A stretch of 64,000 nucleotides of DNA from an uncultured delta proteobacterium (GCA_963735595.1 CAVTLK010000003.1:32001-96000); one strand, 5' to 3'; positions 1-10,249 are shown, counted from the first letter of the stretch. Notes: generated by a model not told the origin, from the sequence alone. Numbers and translations: made by a program.

Positions 1-823
1 CGAATACCAACGGTACGCCGGCCGAAGCGACCACCGCCCGTGAGACGGTCATCTCACCGATGGAAAGGCCGATGTCCCGGCAGAATTTCACCCCGAGCAC
101 GTCGGGATCATAGACAATATTACTCTTCATGATACCGGATCCGGTGCCTGCGTATCCGTTCAGGAGAGAGCGGTTGGCGAACTCCGATCGGGGCAGGGTC
201 GTAAACAGGAATTTGGCCCCCGAATCCATCTCGGTGCCGTTGATGATAAGCGTGGGGCTGACGCCCGCCTTTTCCCGCTTATAGAGATCGTCAAACGTAC
301 GTCCGTAATAGAAACGGTCGTCCAATTCATGCATCAAGACGATGCCCTTCTGTTCGTCGGTGAGCAGCAGACGGAACCACTCGCTGGGGCGGGAGAGCAT
401 CCCGCCCTGGATATTTACGCACATGTCGGTCTTGAAGCTCTCGAAAAAGGCATCGTATTCGGATGTATGGGTGGTGTCCATCTCGGGCTTATTGAGGCAC
501 CAGTAGGCTGACGATATGCTGCCACCCGAGACGCTCGATATGTAGTCGATCTCGTCGACGATGCTCCTGCCGTTGGGGAGCTTCACCTGCCGATAGAGCT
601 CCTCCATGACGGCGGCGCTCCAGACGGCCGATCGGCTCCCGCCACCCGAGACTGCCACAGCCAGAAAGAAATCGCCTTCGTCAGCCGGGATGTGAGACTC
701 GTCGTCGGCGCGTCGATCGTAAACGATCTCATCGTCCGCGATGGGGCTGCAACCGACCGCCCCCAGAACCATAAAAGAGATGATAAGGGCGAAAAGGAGG
801 AGGGTAGTTCCGAACGTTTTCAT
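1..823 (-). CDS. Patatin-like phospholipase lipoprotein, paralog 3 (3' end runs off the window)
   Basis: Manual translation from ATG at 823 gives MKTFGTTLLLF...GAVGC (lipobox), AVSGGGSR, DYISSVSGGS, SPTLIINGT and SRAVVASAGVP, colinear with the two neighbouring paralogs. Confidence 0.85.
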   Translation of the reverse strand, partial: MKTFGTTLLLFALIISFMVLGAVGCSPIADDEIVYDRRADDESHIPADEGDFFLAVAVSGGGSRSAVWSAAVMEELYRQVKLPNGRSIVDEIDYISSVSGGSISSAYWCLNKPEMDTTHTSEYDAFFESFKTDMCVNIQGGMLSRPSEWFRLLLTDEQKGIVLMHELDDRFYYGRTFDDLYKREKAGVSPTLIINGTEMDSGAKFLFTTLPRSEFANRSLLNGYAGTGSGIMKSNIVYDPDVLGVKFCRDIGLSIGEMTVSRAVVASAGVPLVF

Positions 824-954
824 TGTTATCAACCGCCTCGACGACTCATACGTGGCCGTATCGGGTTACCGGGTATTAACGCTGCCGGGAAGATAGGCAT
901 CGAGGATTTTATCCTTGGCCTTCCCGATACCAATCTACGGCCGCCCGGCCGAGA

Positions 955-2214
955 TTATCGGCCCTGTCCGGCGTGATTTTGAAGCGGGTCGGGGTCTGCC
1001 TCGAATTTACGCGAGATATCTTCATCGTCGGCAAGATACGGAGAGATATAGACGAATGCGATGTCCTTGTATCGGGGATCAGAGCTCGTCAGGAACATGA
1101 TCGTAATGTAGGTCAACGCCTTGCCCCGAAAGAAGCTGATGTTCATCGCCCGCTCGGCAGTTTCCGCAAGCCTGAAGCCCCGTACGGAACCAATGGACTT
1201 GGCGGGGTCAATGCTGTGGTTTGAGTCGATGATGATGACCAGCCCACCGCGGTAGGCACGTCCGGGTGTATCGATGAGCCGATCGATCATCAGCTGCATG
1301 ATCGTCGCGATCCCCTGGTTGTCGTTGATTCCGCCGTCGCTGACGTGAATATAGAAATCCTCCTCAGGTGTGGAGTTTTTTTGATCCTTGAGGACAATGG
1401 GTCCCAGGAGGAGCGGGACGGAGGCGGAGGCGGCCACGCCGCGGGAGACCTCCATGTCGCCGATGGAAAGCCCGATGTCGTCACAAAAGGTGACACCCAG
1501 CAGGTCGCCGCCGAAGCGAAACTCGCACTTTCCGAACCCGGTTCGGGAAAGATCTTCGGCCACTTCCCTGGGCGTCCCGTCGAAGTCGTCCTTCGTAAGG
1601 GTGGTGAAGAGAAATTTCGCCCCGGTGTCCATGACGGTGCCGTTCATGATGAGTGTGGGGGACCACCCGTTTCTCTGGCGTTTGCCCAGCTCGTCAAACT
1701 TCCGGTTGTTGAAGTAGAGTTTGTCAAACGACTGCTTGAGGAGCAGCCCCGTCTCTTCCGAGGTCAGGAAGAACTTGTAGAAACGGAACAGGTTCTTGAC
1801 TAGGTTACCCTCTATGTTTCTGCGCATATCGGTCCGATACGTGTCGAAAAACTGGTCGTACAGGTCGGTATGCGAGGAATCGACGTTCGGCTTGTTCATG
1901 CAGTAGTAGGCCATTGAGAGGCTGCCTCCGGAGACACTGGAGATGTAGTCGATCTCATCGATGATGCTCCTGCCGTCGGGGAGTTTGACCTGTTTATATA
2001 ACTCTTCCATTACGGCGGCGGAAAATACGGCGGCGCGGCTGCCCCCGCCGGAGACCGCCACCGCAAAAAAGAAGTCGCCGTCGTTTACCGGAGTATATTG
2101 GCGCCTGACGGGGCTCGGTTGATCATAGACGAGCAGTTCGTAGTTGATGGTCGAGCAGGCAAGTGGAAACGAGAGCAGAAAAACAAACCCGCCGAGCATG
2201 AGAATCCTCTTCAT
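955..2214 (-). CDS. Patatin-like phospholipase lipoprotein, paralog 2. The C-terminus is frameshifted; the true end is probably near 866.
   Basis: Lipobox LAC, SGGGSR, SVSGGS nucleophile motif and DGG motif. Alternative frames near 1000 and 930 continue QTPTRFKITPDRADNL...KILDAYLP, as in paralog 1. Confidence 0.85.
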   Translation of the reverse strand: MKRILMLGGFVFLLSFPLACSTINYELLVYDQPSPVRRQYTPVNDGDFFFAVAVSGGGSRAAVFSAAVMEELYKQVKLPDGRSIIDEIDYISSVSGGSLSMAYYCMNKPNVDSSHTDLYDQFFDTYRTDMRRNIEGNLVKNLFRFYKFFLTSEETGLLLKQSFDKLYFNNRKFDELGKRQRNGWSPTLIMNGTVMDTGAKFLFTTLTKDDFDGTPREVAEDLSRTGFGKCEFRFGGDLLGVTFCDDIGLSIGDMEVSRGVAASASVPLLLGPIVLKDQKNSTPEEDFYIHVSDGGINDNQGIATIMQLMIDRLIDTPGRAYRGGLVIIIDSNHSIDPAKSIGSVRGFRLAETAERAMNISFFRGKALTYITIMFLTSSDPRYKDIAFVYISPYLADDEDISRKFEADPDPLQNHAGQGR

Positions 2215-2615
2215 TGAAAACCTCCGGTGCGTTTATCAAAGGGGCCAAACTCGCCCGTGATTATATACTGTTATTGCCTCATTTCAACGCAAAACCGCCC
2301 GGGGATATACTGAAGATCCCTTGTTTTGCGGATCCTTACAACCGGGGGGGGCGATACGTGCGGTACCGTCGCCGCCACGAAAGAGCCCATGAGGGGCTGC
2401 TCGATCATACGCATTAAAAAGCGACAGAGAGACCAACGAGGTCCAATACAGAGAGGACGACCACGCGCCTAAAAGGAAACGCCGGTGTGTCTCTCGTGCA
2501 TCGCGTTTATATGTTCACGTCGGCCTGCAAGGGACGCGGGGAAATCATGCCGTACGCCTCATTATTTCCCCCTCCCGGGATCAATGAACGGGACGGGCGG
2601 TCCCCGGAGTTACGA

Positions 2616-3965
2616 CTATTTCTTCCGATCTATATAGGGCAGATAAGTATCGAGGAGTTTACCCTTCACTTTTCGTACTATGATTTCGGCCGCCCGCTCG
2701 AGGTTATCAGCCTTGTCCGGGTCGATTTTGAAACGGGTCGGGGTCTGCTGGAAGAGCGTCAATATCTCGGGGTCGTCGGCCTGGTCCGGCGAGATGTAGA
2801 CAAAGGTGACATTCTTGAAACGAGGGTCGGCGCTCATCAGGAACATGATAGTGATGTAGGTAAGGGCCTTGCTCCGTAAGATGCTGATGTTCATTGCCCG
2901 CTCGGCAGTACCCAGCACGGTGAAGCCCCTGACGGAATTTACGGAGAGGCTCGGGTCGATGGTCTGGTTGGAGTCGATAATGATAACCAGGCCGCCCTTA
3001 TACGGTCGTTCGCGGGGGGTATCGACGAACCGGTCGATGATTAGCTGCATTACCGTGGTGATTCCCTGGTTATCGCTGATTCCCCCGTCTCCGACGTGGG
3101 TGAAGAATTCGTCGCCGGGTTTGGACTGCTTCTGATTTTTCAGGACGATGGGCCCCAGCACGAGCGGCACCGAGGCGGAGGCCACCACTCCTCGGGAAAC
3201 ATCCATCTTGCCGATGGAAAGGCCGATGTCGTCACAAAAGGTGAGCCCCAGGAGATCTCCACCGAAGTGGTAATCGCTCTTGGCAAAGCCGGTTTCTGAC
3301 AGCCTCTCGACGAGGGTATGGGGCGCGGCATCGAAATCATGTGGCGTGAGGGTGGTAAAGAGGAATAACGAGCCCGTATCCAGATTCGTACCGTTGAGTA
3401 TCAGGGTTGGGCACGACCCGTTTTCCTGGCGTTTGGCGATCTCGTCAAAAGTTCGATCATGGAAATAGAACTTGTCAAAGTCTTTCTTGAGGTAGATCCC
3501 CTTCTTTTCCGAGCTGGCGAAGAATCGATACCAGCGGAAGAAGGTCTTGGGCAGGTTGCTGCCGGTGTCCCTCCTCATGTCGGCCAGATACTGGGTATAG
3601 AATTCGTCATACAGATCGGTATGAGATGAGTCGGCATTCGGCTTGTTCATACAGTAGTAGGCCATGGAAAGGCTGCCGCCGGAGACACTGGAGATGTAGT
3701 CGATCTCGTCGGTGATGCTCCGGCCGTCTGGAAGCTTGACCTGTTTATAAAGCTCTTTCAAAATTGCGGCGGAAAAGACCGCTGCGCGGCTTCCTCCCCC
3801 GGAAACCGCGACCGCGAAGATGTAATCTCCGTCGTCCGCCGGGACATATTGAGTCGTAATTGGGCTGGGTTGGTCATAGACGAGCAGGTTGTAGTTGATG
3901 GTTGAGCAGGCAAAGGGGAAAAGGAGGGACAAGGCCACAACATTCAGGATTAGCAACCGTCTCAT
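2616..3965 (-). CDS. Patatin-like phospholipase lipoprotein, paralog 1
   Basis: GGAGG RBS before ATG at 3965; lipobox FAC; SGGGSR, SVSGGS and DGG motifs. Confidence 0.87.
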   Translation of the reverse strand: MRRLLILNVVALSLLFPFACSTINYNLLVYDQPSPITTQYVPADDGDYIFAVAVSGGGSRAAVFSAAILKELYKQVKLPDGRSITDEIDYISSVSGGSLSMAYYCMNKPNADSSHTDLYDEFYTQYLADMRRDTGSNLPKTFFRWYRFFASSEKKGIYLKKDFDKFYFHDRTFDEIAKRQENGSCPTLILNGTNLDTGSLFLFTTLTPHDFDAAPHTLVERLSETGFAKSDYHFGGDLLGLTFCDDIGLSIGKMDVSRGVVASASVPLVLGPIVLKNQKQSKPGDEFFTHVGDGGISDNQGITTVMQLIIDRFVDTPRERPYKGGLVIIIDSNQTIDPSLSVNSVRGFTVLGTAERAMNISILRSKALTYITIMFLMSADPRFKNVTFVYISPDQADDPEILTLFQQTPTRFKIDPDKADNLERAAEIIVRKVKGKLLDTYLPYIDRKK

Positions 3966-4116
3966 GCAAAACCTCCCCACGCTCTTTTATTTGTATTGAT
4001 AAAAAGGGGTTATCTCTCTATAATTATACACGGTTCTTCTTATGGTTCAATCTAAAACAGCCGCGGGGAGTGCCGGTTACCCCTCGTCATGCACAATAAA
4101 CCGATAGGAGGTCGGC

Positions 4117-5475
4117 ATGTGTGATACCATCGTCGCAACGAAAGAGGCCACAAGAGACGGATCGGTCATTCTTGCCAAGAACAGCGACCGGGAGCCCAAC
4201 GAGGCCCAATACATTGAATATCACCCCGCCCGGGACTACGCCGCGGGTCAACAGCTGAAGGTCACCTATCTCACCATTGAGCAGGCCAGACAAACCCGCG
4301 CCGTTTTGCTCTCGCGCCCCTTCTGGATGTGGGGGGCTGAGATGGGGGCCAACGACGCCGGGGTCGCCATCGGAAACGAGGCGGTCTTCACGAAGCTCCC
4401 GATGAGGAAGGAAAAGATGCTCCTGGGTATGGACCTCCTGCGGCTTGCGCTGGAGCGCGCAACGGACGCCGAGCAGGCCCTCGACGTGATCACGAAGCTC
4501 CTGGCCAGGTACGGACAGGGGGGGCCGGCGGGATATGAGGACAAGCGGTTCGCTTACCATAATTCGTTCATCATCGCCGATCCTCAGGGGGCATGGGTGC
4601 TGGAGACGGCCGATCGGGAGTGGGCGGCAAAACGGATTACGGGCGTCTATTCAATCTCCAACGGGCTGACTATCGGCGGCGAATTCGACAAGGCGTCGGC
4701 AGCCCTGGTTTCGACAGCCGTAGAAAAGGGGTGGACTAAATCGAAGGCCGACTTCGAGTTTGCCCGCGACTATTCCGACTGGTTCTTTACGACATTTTCG
4801 ATGTGCCGCCCACGCGCGGCCCGCACTACCGAGGCCGTCTCGGGAAGGAGCGGGTCGGTGGACTGCCGGTCGATGATGGACCTCCTGCGCGACCACGGGG
4901 GAGAGGGGACCGCCCACGAACCGCACCGCGGCCTGTTTATGAACAAGGTCTGCATGCACGCCGCGAACGGCCTTTCCCGGGCCAGCCAGACGACCGGATC
5001 GCTGGTTTGCCGCCTCGGGGGGGATATCAACACCCACTGGATCACCGGAACGGCCGCGCCCTGCACCTCGGTCTTTAAGCCGTTCTTCTTCGAGGCGGCG
5101 CGATCGGCCGACGCGGGGCCCGAGCCGACGGGGACCTACAATGCGAAAAACCTCTGGTGGTCTCACGAGCGGCTTCACCGGGCGATCCTCATGGACTACC
5201 CGGCGCGGATGGGCGTTATGGCCGCGGAGCGGGACAAGCTCGAAGGACGGTTTATAACCGAGGGGAAAAAGACCGTGGCGGAGGCCGGCAAGCTTACCGG
5301 CGACGCGCGAAGGAGGCTGCTTTCAGCCTTTTCGGAAGAATGTTTTGCCGAGGCGTGGAAGGCCGAACGACAATGGACCGAGGCCGTGGCGAAAACACCG
5401 GTAAGAAAGCGGCCGTCAGCGCTCTTTCGGTCCTACTGGAACAAACAGAATAAGAAGGCGGGGCTGAGTCTATAG
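4117..5475 (+). CDS. Peptidase C69 / secernin-like Ntn-hydrolase (dipeptidase)
   Basis: N-terminal MCDT (Cys nucleophile), AKNSDREPNE, WMWGAEMGAN and YHNSFIIAD; AGGAGG RBS. Confidence 0.9.
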   Translation: MCDTIVATKEATRDGSVILAKNSDREPNEAQYIEYHPARDYAAGQQLKVTYLTIEQARQTRAVLLSRPFWMWGAEMGANDAGVAIGNEAVFTKLPMRKEKMLLGMDLLRLALERATDAEQALDVITKLLARYGQGGPAGYEDKRFAYHNSFIIADPQGAWVLETADREWAAKRITGVYSISNGLTIGGEFDKASAALVSTAVEKGWTKSKADFEFARDYSDWFFTTFSMCRPRAARTTEAVSGRSGSVDCRSMMDLLRDHGGEGTAHEPHRGLFMNKVCMHAANGLSRASQTTGSLVCRLGGDINTHWITGTAAPCTSVFKPFFFEAARSADAGPEPTGTYNAKNLWWSHERLHRAILMDYPARMGVMAAERDKLEGRFITEGKKTVAEAGKLTGDARRRLLSAFSEECFAEAWKAERQWTEAVAKTPVRKRPSALFRSYWNKQNKKAGLSL

Positions 5476-5477
5476 CT

Positions 5478-5828
5478 CTACGATACTTCCACGTCCCGGG
5501 GCAGGACGCCCCGTTTTGAGAGCATGGCGATAACCGTGCTGACCTCGTCCGGGCTAACCTGCGTCTGACCGGCGATATCGGCGATGTTGACGCGCCCCGT
5601 TTCGCGGGCGGCTGCGAGAATAGCAGACCCGACCTTCGTGATGAGGGCCACCCGGCGCCGGCCCAGCACGATCAACACGAAGCCGGGAAGAAACAGGACG
5701 ACGCCCGCAAGCAATAGTAAACGCGCGGAATAGGGCGAGTGAAAGACCGCCACCGTGACAAGTGCCAGCACGAAACATGCTACCAGAAAGCCTCCAGCCA
5801 TTAACCGCGCCATAGGTAACCGCTCCAT
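5478..5828 (-). CDS. Small two-TM membrane protein with a C-terminal winged-helix-like segment
   Basis: Two hydrophobic helices followed by GRVNIADIAGQTQVSPDEV; the start codon is uncertain. Confidence 0.55.
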   Translation of the reverse strand: MERLPMARLMAGGFLVACFVLALVTVAVFHSPYSARLLLLAGVVLFLPGFVLIVLGRRRVALITKVGSAILAAARETGRVNIADIAGQTQVSPDEVSTVIAMLSKRGVLPRDVEVS

Positions 5829-5928
5829 ATATTGTCTATCTATCGTCCGTCGGCGTCCGTGTTTCGTCTTCGCCGGACCGCCGAGCTTCCTATCATAGCA
5901 GAAATCCCCGGACTTGACGCCAAAAAAG

Positions 5929-5971
5929 TTGACATCGTGAAATAATCGTTTCATAATATGAACCGTGGTTC
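5929..5971 (+). promoter_or_regulatory. Sigma70 promoter with a downstream palindrome (candidate TetR operator)
   Basis: TTGACA (5929-5934), 17 nt, CATAAT (5952-5957); GAACC-gt-GGTTC at 5960-5971. Confidence 0.7.
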
Positions 5972-6067
5972 TATTTAAGCCGGTGCGCCCGCGTATCGCG
6001 TTTTTTTTAAGCGGGGCCCGGCACATTGTCGAGATCGTCATGTGCGTCTACCAACGAGGGGCAGCAG

Positions 6068-6670
6068 ATGAGGCGCAGGGAGCGGGAAAACCTCCGCAGA
6101 AGAGATGAAATGATGGCCGCGGCCGCGCGTCTCTTCGCCGACCGCGGCTACGTGCGGACGACCATGGTCGACATCGCAAAGCGGGCGGAGTTCGCCCTCG
6201 GCACCATTTACCAGTCGTTCCGAACGAAGGAAGACGTCTACTTTTCCATCCTCAGCGAGAAGTCGGACGAGCTCATCGCGATCCTGGACCGTGAAGATCT
6301 CAAGGGGCTGTCCCCGGAGGATGCGCTGGAGCGGGCGGTCCGCATTGTGTTGGAGTTTTTCGAAAAGAACATCGATTTTTTCAGGATTTATATTACCGAT
6401 TGGGGAACGTTCGAGACCAATCTCACGGGGGATTACCGGCGTATCCTCAAGGAGAAGTACGACCGCTTTCTCGCACATTTTGCCGGTATAATACGGCAGG
6501 GAATAGCCGGGGGTGTCTTCAAGCCCTATGACGCCGTCGAGACCGCCTACGTGCTCGTGGGTATCCTATCGGCCTACATATTCCAATGGTCGGTTGAGCG
6601 GAAGGCGGCGTCGTTCGTGGAAAAGACCGAGCTGATCATGAAGCTTTTCCTGGAAGGGGCGCGGACATGA
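6068..6670 (+). CDS. TetR/AcrR family transcriptional regulator
   Basis: AAARLFADRGYVRTTMVDIAKRAEFALGTIYQSFRTKEDV helix-turn-helix. Confidence 0.93.
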   Translation: MRRRERENLRRRDEMMAAAARLFADRGYVRTTMVDIAKRAEFALGTIYQSFRTKEDVYFSILSEKSDELIAILDREDLKGLSPEDALERAVRIVLEFFEKNIDFFRIYITDWGTFETNLTGDYRRILKEKYDRFLAHFAGIIRQGIAGGVFKPYDAVETAYVLVGILSAYIFQWSVERKAASFVEKTELIMKLFLEGART

Positions 6671-7629
6671 TTAAGCGCTCCATCCTGCGGTTTCTGATGC
6701 TGTTCAATCCGGCGGAGCTCTGTGCCTGGTCTTTTTTCGTTTTTGTTACGCTTCTGATCATCATCTTCAATGAAAGTGCAGCCATAAGGCCCTATTTTAT
6801 TGCCAATATCTGTATTCTCCACATTATTGTCGCCGTGGCCCTCATCGTGAAAAAACGTCCGGAGCTTCGCCTCCTCGTTCACCTGCGCAACTGGTACCCG
6901 GCCTTTCTCGTGACCGTTCCCTACCGGGAGCTCTCGATACTCATCCCCCAGATTCAGCCCAGAGACATCGACGACATGCTGATACGGCTGGACTATTTTA
7001 TCTTTCACGCCCATCCGACCGTCTTCATCGAGCGCTTTGAGGTACCGGTGCTCACCGATATCTTCCAAATCGTTTACTGTTCGTATTATTTTCTCCCGAT
7101 TACGCTGGGGCTTTTCGTATACCTGCGCAGGGAGTCAAGGGATTTCATACACGTAATCTTCGCAGTCCTTTTTTCTTTCTATGTCACCTACGTCGGCTAC
7201 ATACTATTTCCCGCGGTCGGCCCACGATTCTCTCTCTATCATCTCCAGACGATGCCGCTTGTGGGATATGCCGTGACGCTTCCCATCCGGGATTATCTGA
7301 ACTGGCTTGAGCATATCATGCGCGACGCGTTCCCGAGTGGGCATACGATGCTTGCGCTGGTAGTCCTCTTCTATACCTGGCGCTATGAGAAGCGGCTGTT
7401 ATTCCTGTTTGCTCCGATCGCGCTTCTGATTATCATTTCGACGATATACCTGAGGTATCACTATGCGGTGGATGTCCTGGCCGGGATCATCCTCACCGTC
7501 CCGACTATCGTGGCCGCCGAGGTGGCCATGGACTGGTGGGAGAGAGACCCAGAAGCTCTACCGACGCTACCCGGACACCAAATTATTAAAAAGTTTATAG
7601 CGGGGACTGATTATGACACAGACAATTGA
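6667..7629 (+). CDS. PAP2-superfamily membrane enzyme, inositol-phosphorylceramide-synthase-like (PAP2_3)
   Basis: Multi-TM protein with FPAVGP, DAFPSGH and YLRYHYAVD motifs; ATGA overlap with the TetR gene. Confidence 0.8.
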   Translation: MIKRSILRFLMLFNPAELCAWSFFVFVTLLIIIFNESAAIRPYFIANICILHIIVAVALIVKKRPELRLLVHLRNWYPAFLVTVPYRELSILIPQIQPRDIDDMLIRLDYFIFHAHPTVFIERFEVPVLTDIFQIVYCSYYFLPITLGLFVYLRRESRDFIHVIFAVLFSFYVTYVGYILFPAVGPRFSLYHLQTMPLVGYAVTLPIRDYLNWLEHIMRDAFPSGHTMLALVVLFYTWRYEKRLLFLFAPIALLIIISTIYLRYHYAVDVLAGIILTVPTIVAAEVAMDWWERDPEALPTLPGHQIIKKFIAGTDYDTDN

Positions 7630-8737
7630 GGTAAGAACGGTAAAAACCGGTGAGGACCGAAAGCAGTTTATTTCATTTCCCTGGCAGATCTACAAGGACG
7701 ATCCTAACTGGGTGCCCCCCCTGAAGATGGACTACAAGAAGCTGCTGACTCCCGGCAAACATCCCTATTATGAGCACGGGGAGGTCGAGTTCTTCATGGT
7801 CTTTAGGAGCGGAAGGCTTGCCGGCCGGATGACCGCCCACACCAACACGCTGCACAACGAAATCCATCGGGACAAGGTCGGGTTTTTCGGCTTCTTCGAG
7901 TGCGAGGATGACCCGGCCTGCGCGAAGGCCCTCTTTGACGCCGGGGCGCAATGGCTTAAGGCCAAGGGTATGGATACGATGCGTGGGCCGGACAGCTTCT
8001 CCCAGAACGAGATAGTGGGGCTTCTGGTGGACGCCTTTGACATGCCGCCGATGTTCGACATGGCCTATAACCCCCCCTACTACGAAAAGCTGGTCGACGG
8101 GTACGGGTTTGAGCTTGCCAAGAAACTCTACGCGTACCGCTTCAACGCCAACCAGGACATGCCGGAGAAGGTCGCCCGGATTTCCGAGATGATCAAGAAG
8201 CGCAAGGGCATCGAGGTGCGTACGGTAAACTTCAAGGATTGGGACAACGAGCTGATTCGGGTCAAACGGGTCTACAACAGCGCCTGGACGCTCAACTGGG
8301 GGTTCTGCCCTATCACCGAGGCCGAGTTTCAGAAGCTGGTGCACGACCTCAAGCCGGTCGCGGTTCAGGACCTGATCTTCATGGCGTTTGTCAACGGCCA
8401 GATCGCGGGGATTTCCATCACGCTTCCCGATATAAACGTCATTATTAAAGAAATAAAGGGCAATCTCTTTCCCTTCGGGTTTATCAAGATACTTACGGGG
8501 GTGAAGAAGATCAAGACGGCCCGGGTCACGATCATGGGCGTGATCCATGAGTACCAGAAGCTGGGGCTGGACGCCGTCTTCTATCACGAGACGCTCAAGG
8601 CGGCCCGGAAGATGGGGATCGAATGGGGCGAGATGTCCTGGATACTGGAAGATAATCTCCCGATGGTCAGGGCGATAGAAAACCTCGGGGGGGAGATATA
8701 CAAAACATATAAGGTGTATGATTATAAGCTGAAGTAG
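7613..8737 (+). CDS. YghO-like tandem-GNAT N-acyltransferase (bacterial ceramide-synthase-like family)
   Basis: FPWQIYKDDPNWVPPL, GFFGFFEC, MRGP, YNPPYY and GEMSWILEDN are typical of this ~375-aa family. Confidence 0.8.
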   Translation: MTQTIEVRTVKTGEDRKQFISFPWQIYKDDPNWVPPLKMDYKKLLTPGKHPYYEHGEVEFFMVFRSGRLAGRMTAHTNTLHNEIHRDKVGFFGFFECEDDPACAKALFDAGAQWLKAKGMDTMRGPDSFSQNEIVGLLVDAFDMPPMFDMAYNPPYYEKLVDGYGFELAKKLYAYRFNANQDMPEKVARISEMIKKRKGIEVRTVNFKDWDNELIRVKRVYNSAWTLNWGFCPITEAEFQKLVHDLKPVAVQDLIFMAFVNGQIAGISITLPDINVIIKEIKGNLFPFGFIKILTGVKKIKTARVTIMGVIHEYQKLGLDAVFYHETLKAARKMGIEWGEMSWILEDNLPMVRAIENLGGEIYKTYKVYDYKLK

Positions 8738-8928
8738 GTTTTGACGGAATGGAACGAGAAAAAGGAACCGGATTTTTGGTTCCTTTTCTCGTCCGGGTCG
8801 AGGTCGATACGTATAGCGGCGTGAGGGAGGAAATGCCGATTGCCCCTCATGTATATGAAGCTATTGAAGGCGGCGAACGATAGCCGGGCTATCCTCTGGT
8901 ATTTACCGATCATACCGAGTGAAGACAG

Positions 8929-9663
8929 CTACGCGAAAATTTGTTTGCCCCAGACGAGGTCGAATGTGTCAATCCTGAATTGATTAAAGACCGGGACAAA
9001 TTTCTCCACGGTTGCCTTATCGGCGGTATCTTTCAGGAAGTTTATGTTGACGGCAAACGTCGGGGTTTGTACGTAACCGCTGCCGAGGCCGAAGACCGTT
9101 TTGACATCATGCCTGGATACGAAGTCCTGCGCCGCAATAATCTTCCGGTTTCTTTTGTCTACCGTTGTTTTTGCGTCGTCAACGTAAAAGACGCCGCCCG
9201 GTTTTCCGAACGCATCGGAAACGATTTCCGAGTCTGTTCTGTCTATCCAGCTCAGGTCCAATCCGAGTTCATTGAGGAGTCGAGACATCATCGGTATCTC
9301 TTCGATAAAGGCGGACGAAACCAGTGGAATACCGACGTGTCCCTTCGATGACTTCCGGCTATTCCACGCGGAGTCGGCTCCCATAGTTCCCATCAGGGTG
9401 AGTACGAGGGTGTTGTCGCTTAAAAGATTTGAAACGTGTGCTCCTTCGGCAAGGCGCTCGACGAATTGCCTGTTTTCCAGTGGAAGTTCCCGAAAGGGGA
9501 CGGTCACGAAGGTTCGTGTGAGCACGACCGAGTCCTGGAATTCACCGTAAAGGAGGGAGTTAAAGGACTGGGCGGCTTCCTCAAGAGATCGGCTCTTCTT
9601 CAGCTGTTCGGATACCTTCTTAATTAGATTCAGTACTCCCACTGGATCGTTGATTTTTGCCAT
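8929..9663 (-). CDS. Conserved hypothetical protein (stand-alone sensor/GAF-like domain)
   Basis: 244-aa ORF with GGGAGG RBS; motifs WNSRKSSKGHVGIPL, IPMMSRL and AQDFV..VKTVFGLG. Confidence 0.6.
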   Translation of the reverse strand: MAKINDPVGVLNLIKKVSEQLKKSRSLEEAAQSFNSLLYGEFQDSVVLTRTFVTVPFRELPLENRQFVERLAEGAHVSNLLSDNTLVLTLMGTMGADSAWNSRKSSKGHVGIPLVSSAFIEEIPMMSRLLNELGLDLSWIDRTDSEIVSDAFGKPGGVFYVDDAKTTVDKRNRKIIAAQDFVSRHDVKTVFGLGSGYVQTPTFAVNINFLKDTADKATVEKFVPVFNQFRIDTFDLVWGKQIFA

Positions 9664-9742
9664 ATCATCCTCCCTCTGTATGTTACTGGCAGCTATCTCC
9701 TGGTGAATTCGAAGTGCGAAGGAGACCGCCTATTTTAAGTTA

Positions 9743-9758
9743 AGCAAGATACGTGCCA
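9743..9758 (-). promoter_or_regulatory. Sigma54 (-24/-12) promoter
   Basis: The minus strand reads TGGCACG-TATC-TTGCT, a full consensus match about 80 nt upstream of the ATG at 9663. Confidence 0.8.
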
Positions 9759-9846
9759 TTGCGGTTCAGGAATGCGTGAATAAGGCCAGTAATATCGAGT
9801 AGTTGAAATTCGCGGAAAGATACGAAAACAGGGAAAGACGAAAAAA

Positions 9847-9882
9847 CGTATAATATTTTGCAGAAGTGTAAGATATTATACG
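9847..9882. promoter_or_regulatory. Inverted repeat, candidate enhancer-binding-protein sites for the sigma54 promoter
   Basis: CGTATAATAT-N16-ATATTATACG; each half resembles TGTA-N8-TACA. Confidence 0.55.
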
Positions 9883-10045
9883 ATTACAGTTCGGACGGGG
9901 GGGTTGCTTCCATGGGCGTTGGCGGTGTTGAGCAGGTATAACTCCTCAGTGCGAGGGGAGAGCCGTCATAGGGAGCCACGGGCGAACCGACAGGTTGCCA
10001 TTATGAATCCGTCTCTGGTGTCTCCATCATGCGGTGTTATCCAGG

Positions 10046-10098
10046 GAGATCGCCACGGGGCCTTCGGCCCCTCGCAATGACAATAATAATCGTCGCCG
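10046..10098 (-). repeat. Palindromic intergenic repeat, family A (GTCATTGCGAG...GCAATC)
   Basis: The reverse complement matches copies at 36034-36214 and 58888-58980. Confidence 0.7.
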
Positions 10099-10249
10099 GG
10101 GAGGCGGCATCTTTAGTAATAGCGGCCACTACGGGTGTTAAGGAAGTTCGCGGTTTTGTTTGTAGGGGCGGTATTCATGCCGTCCGACTGACACCCTACG
10201 GAGCTTGCTGCCCGGGCAGATAGTGAAGCGGCAATTTTATGTATCAGTT

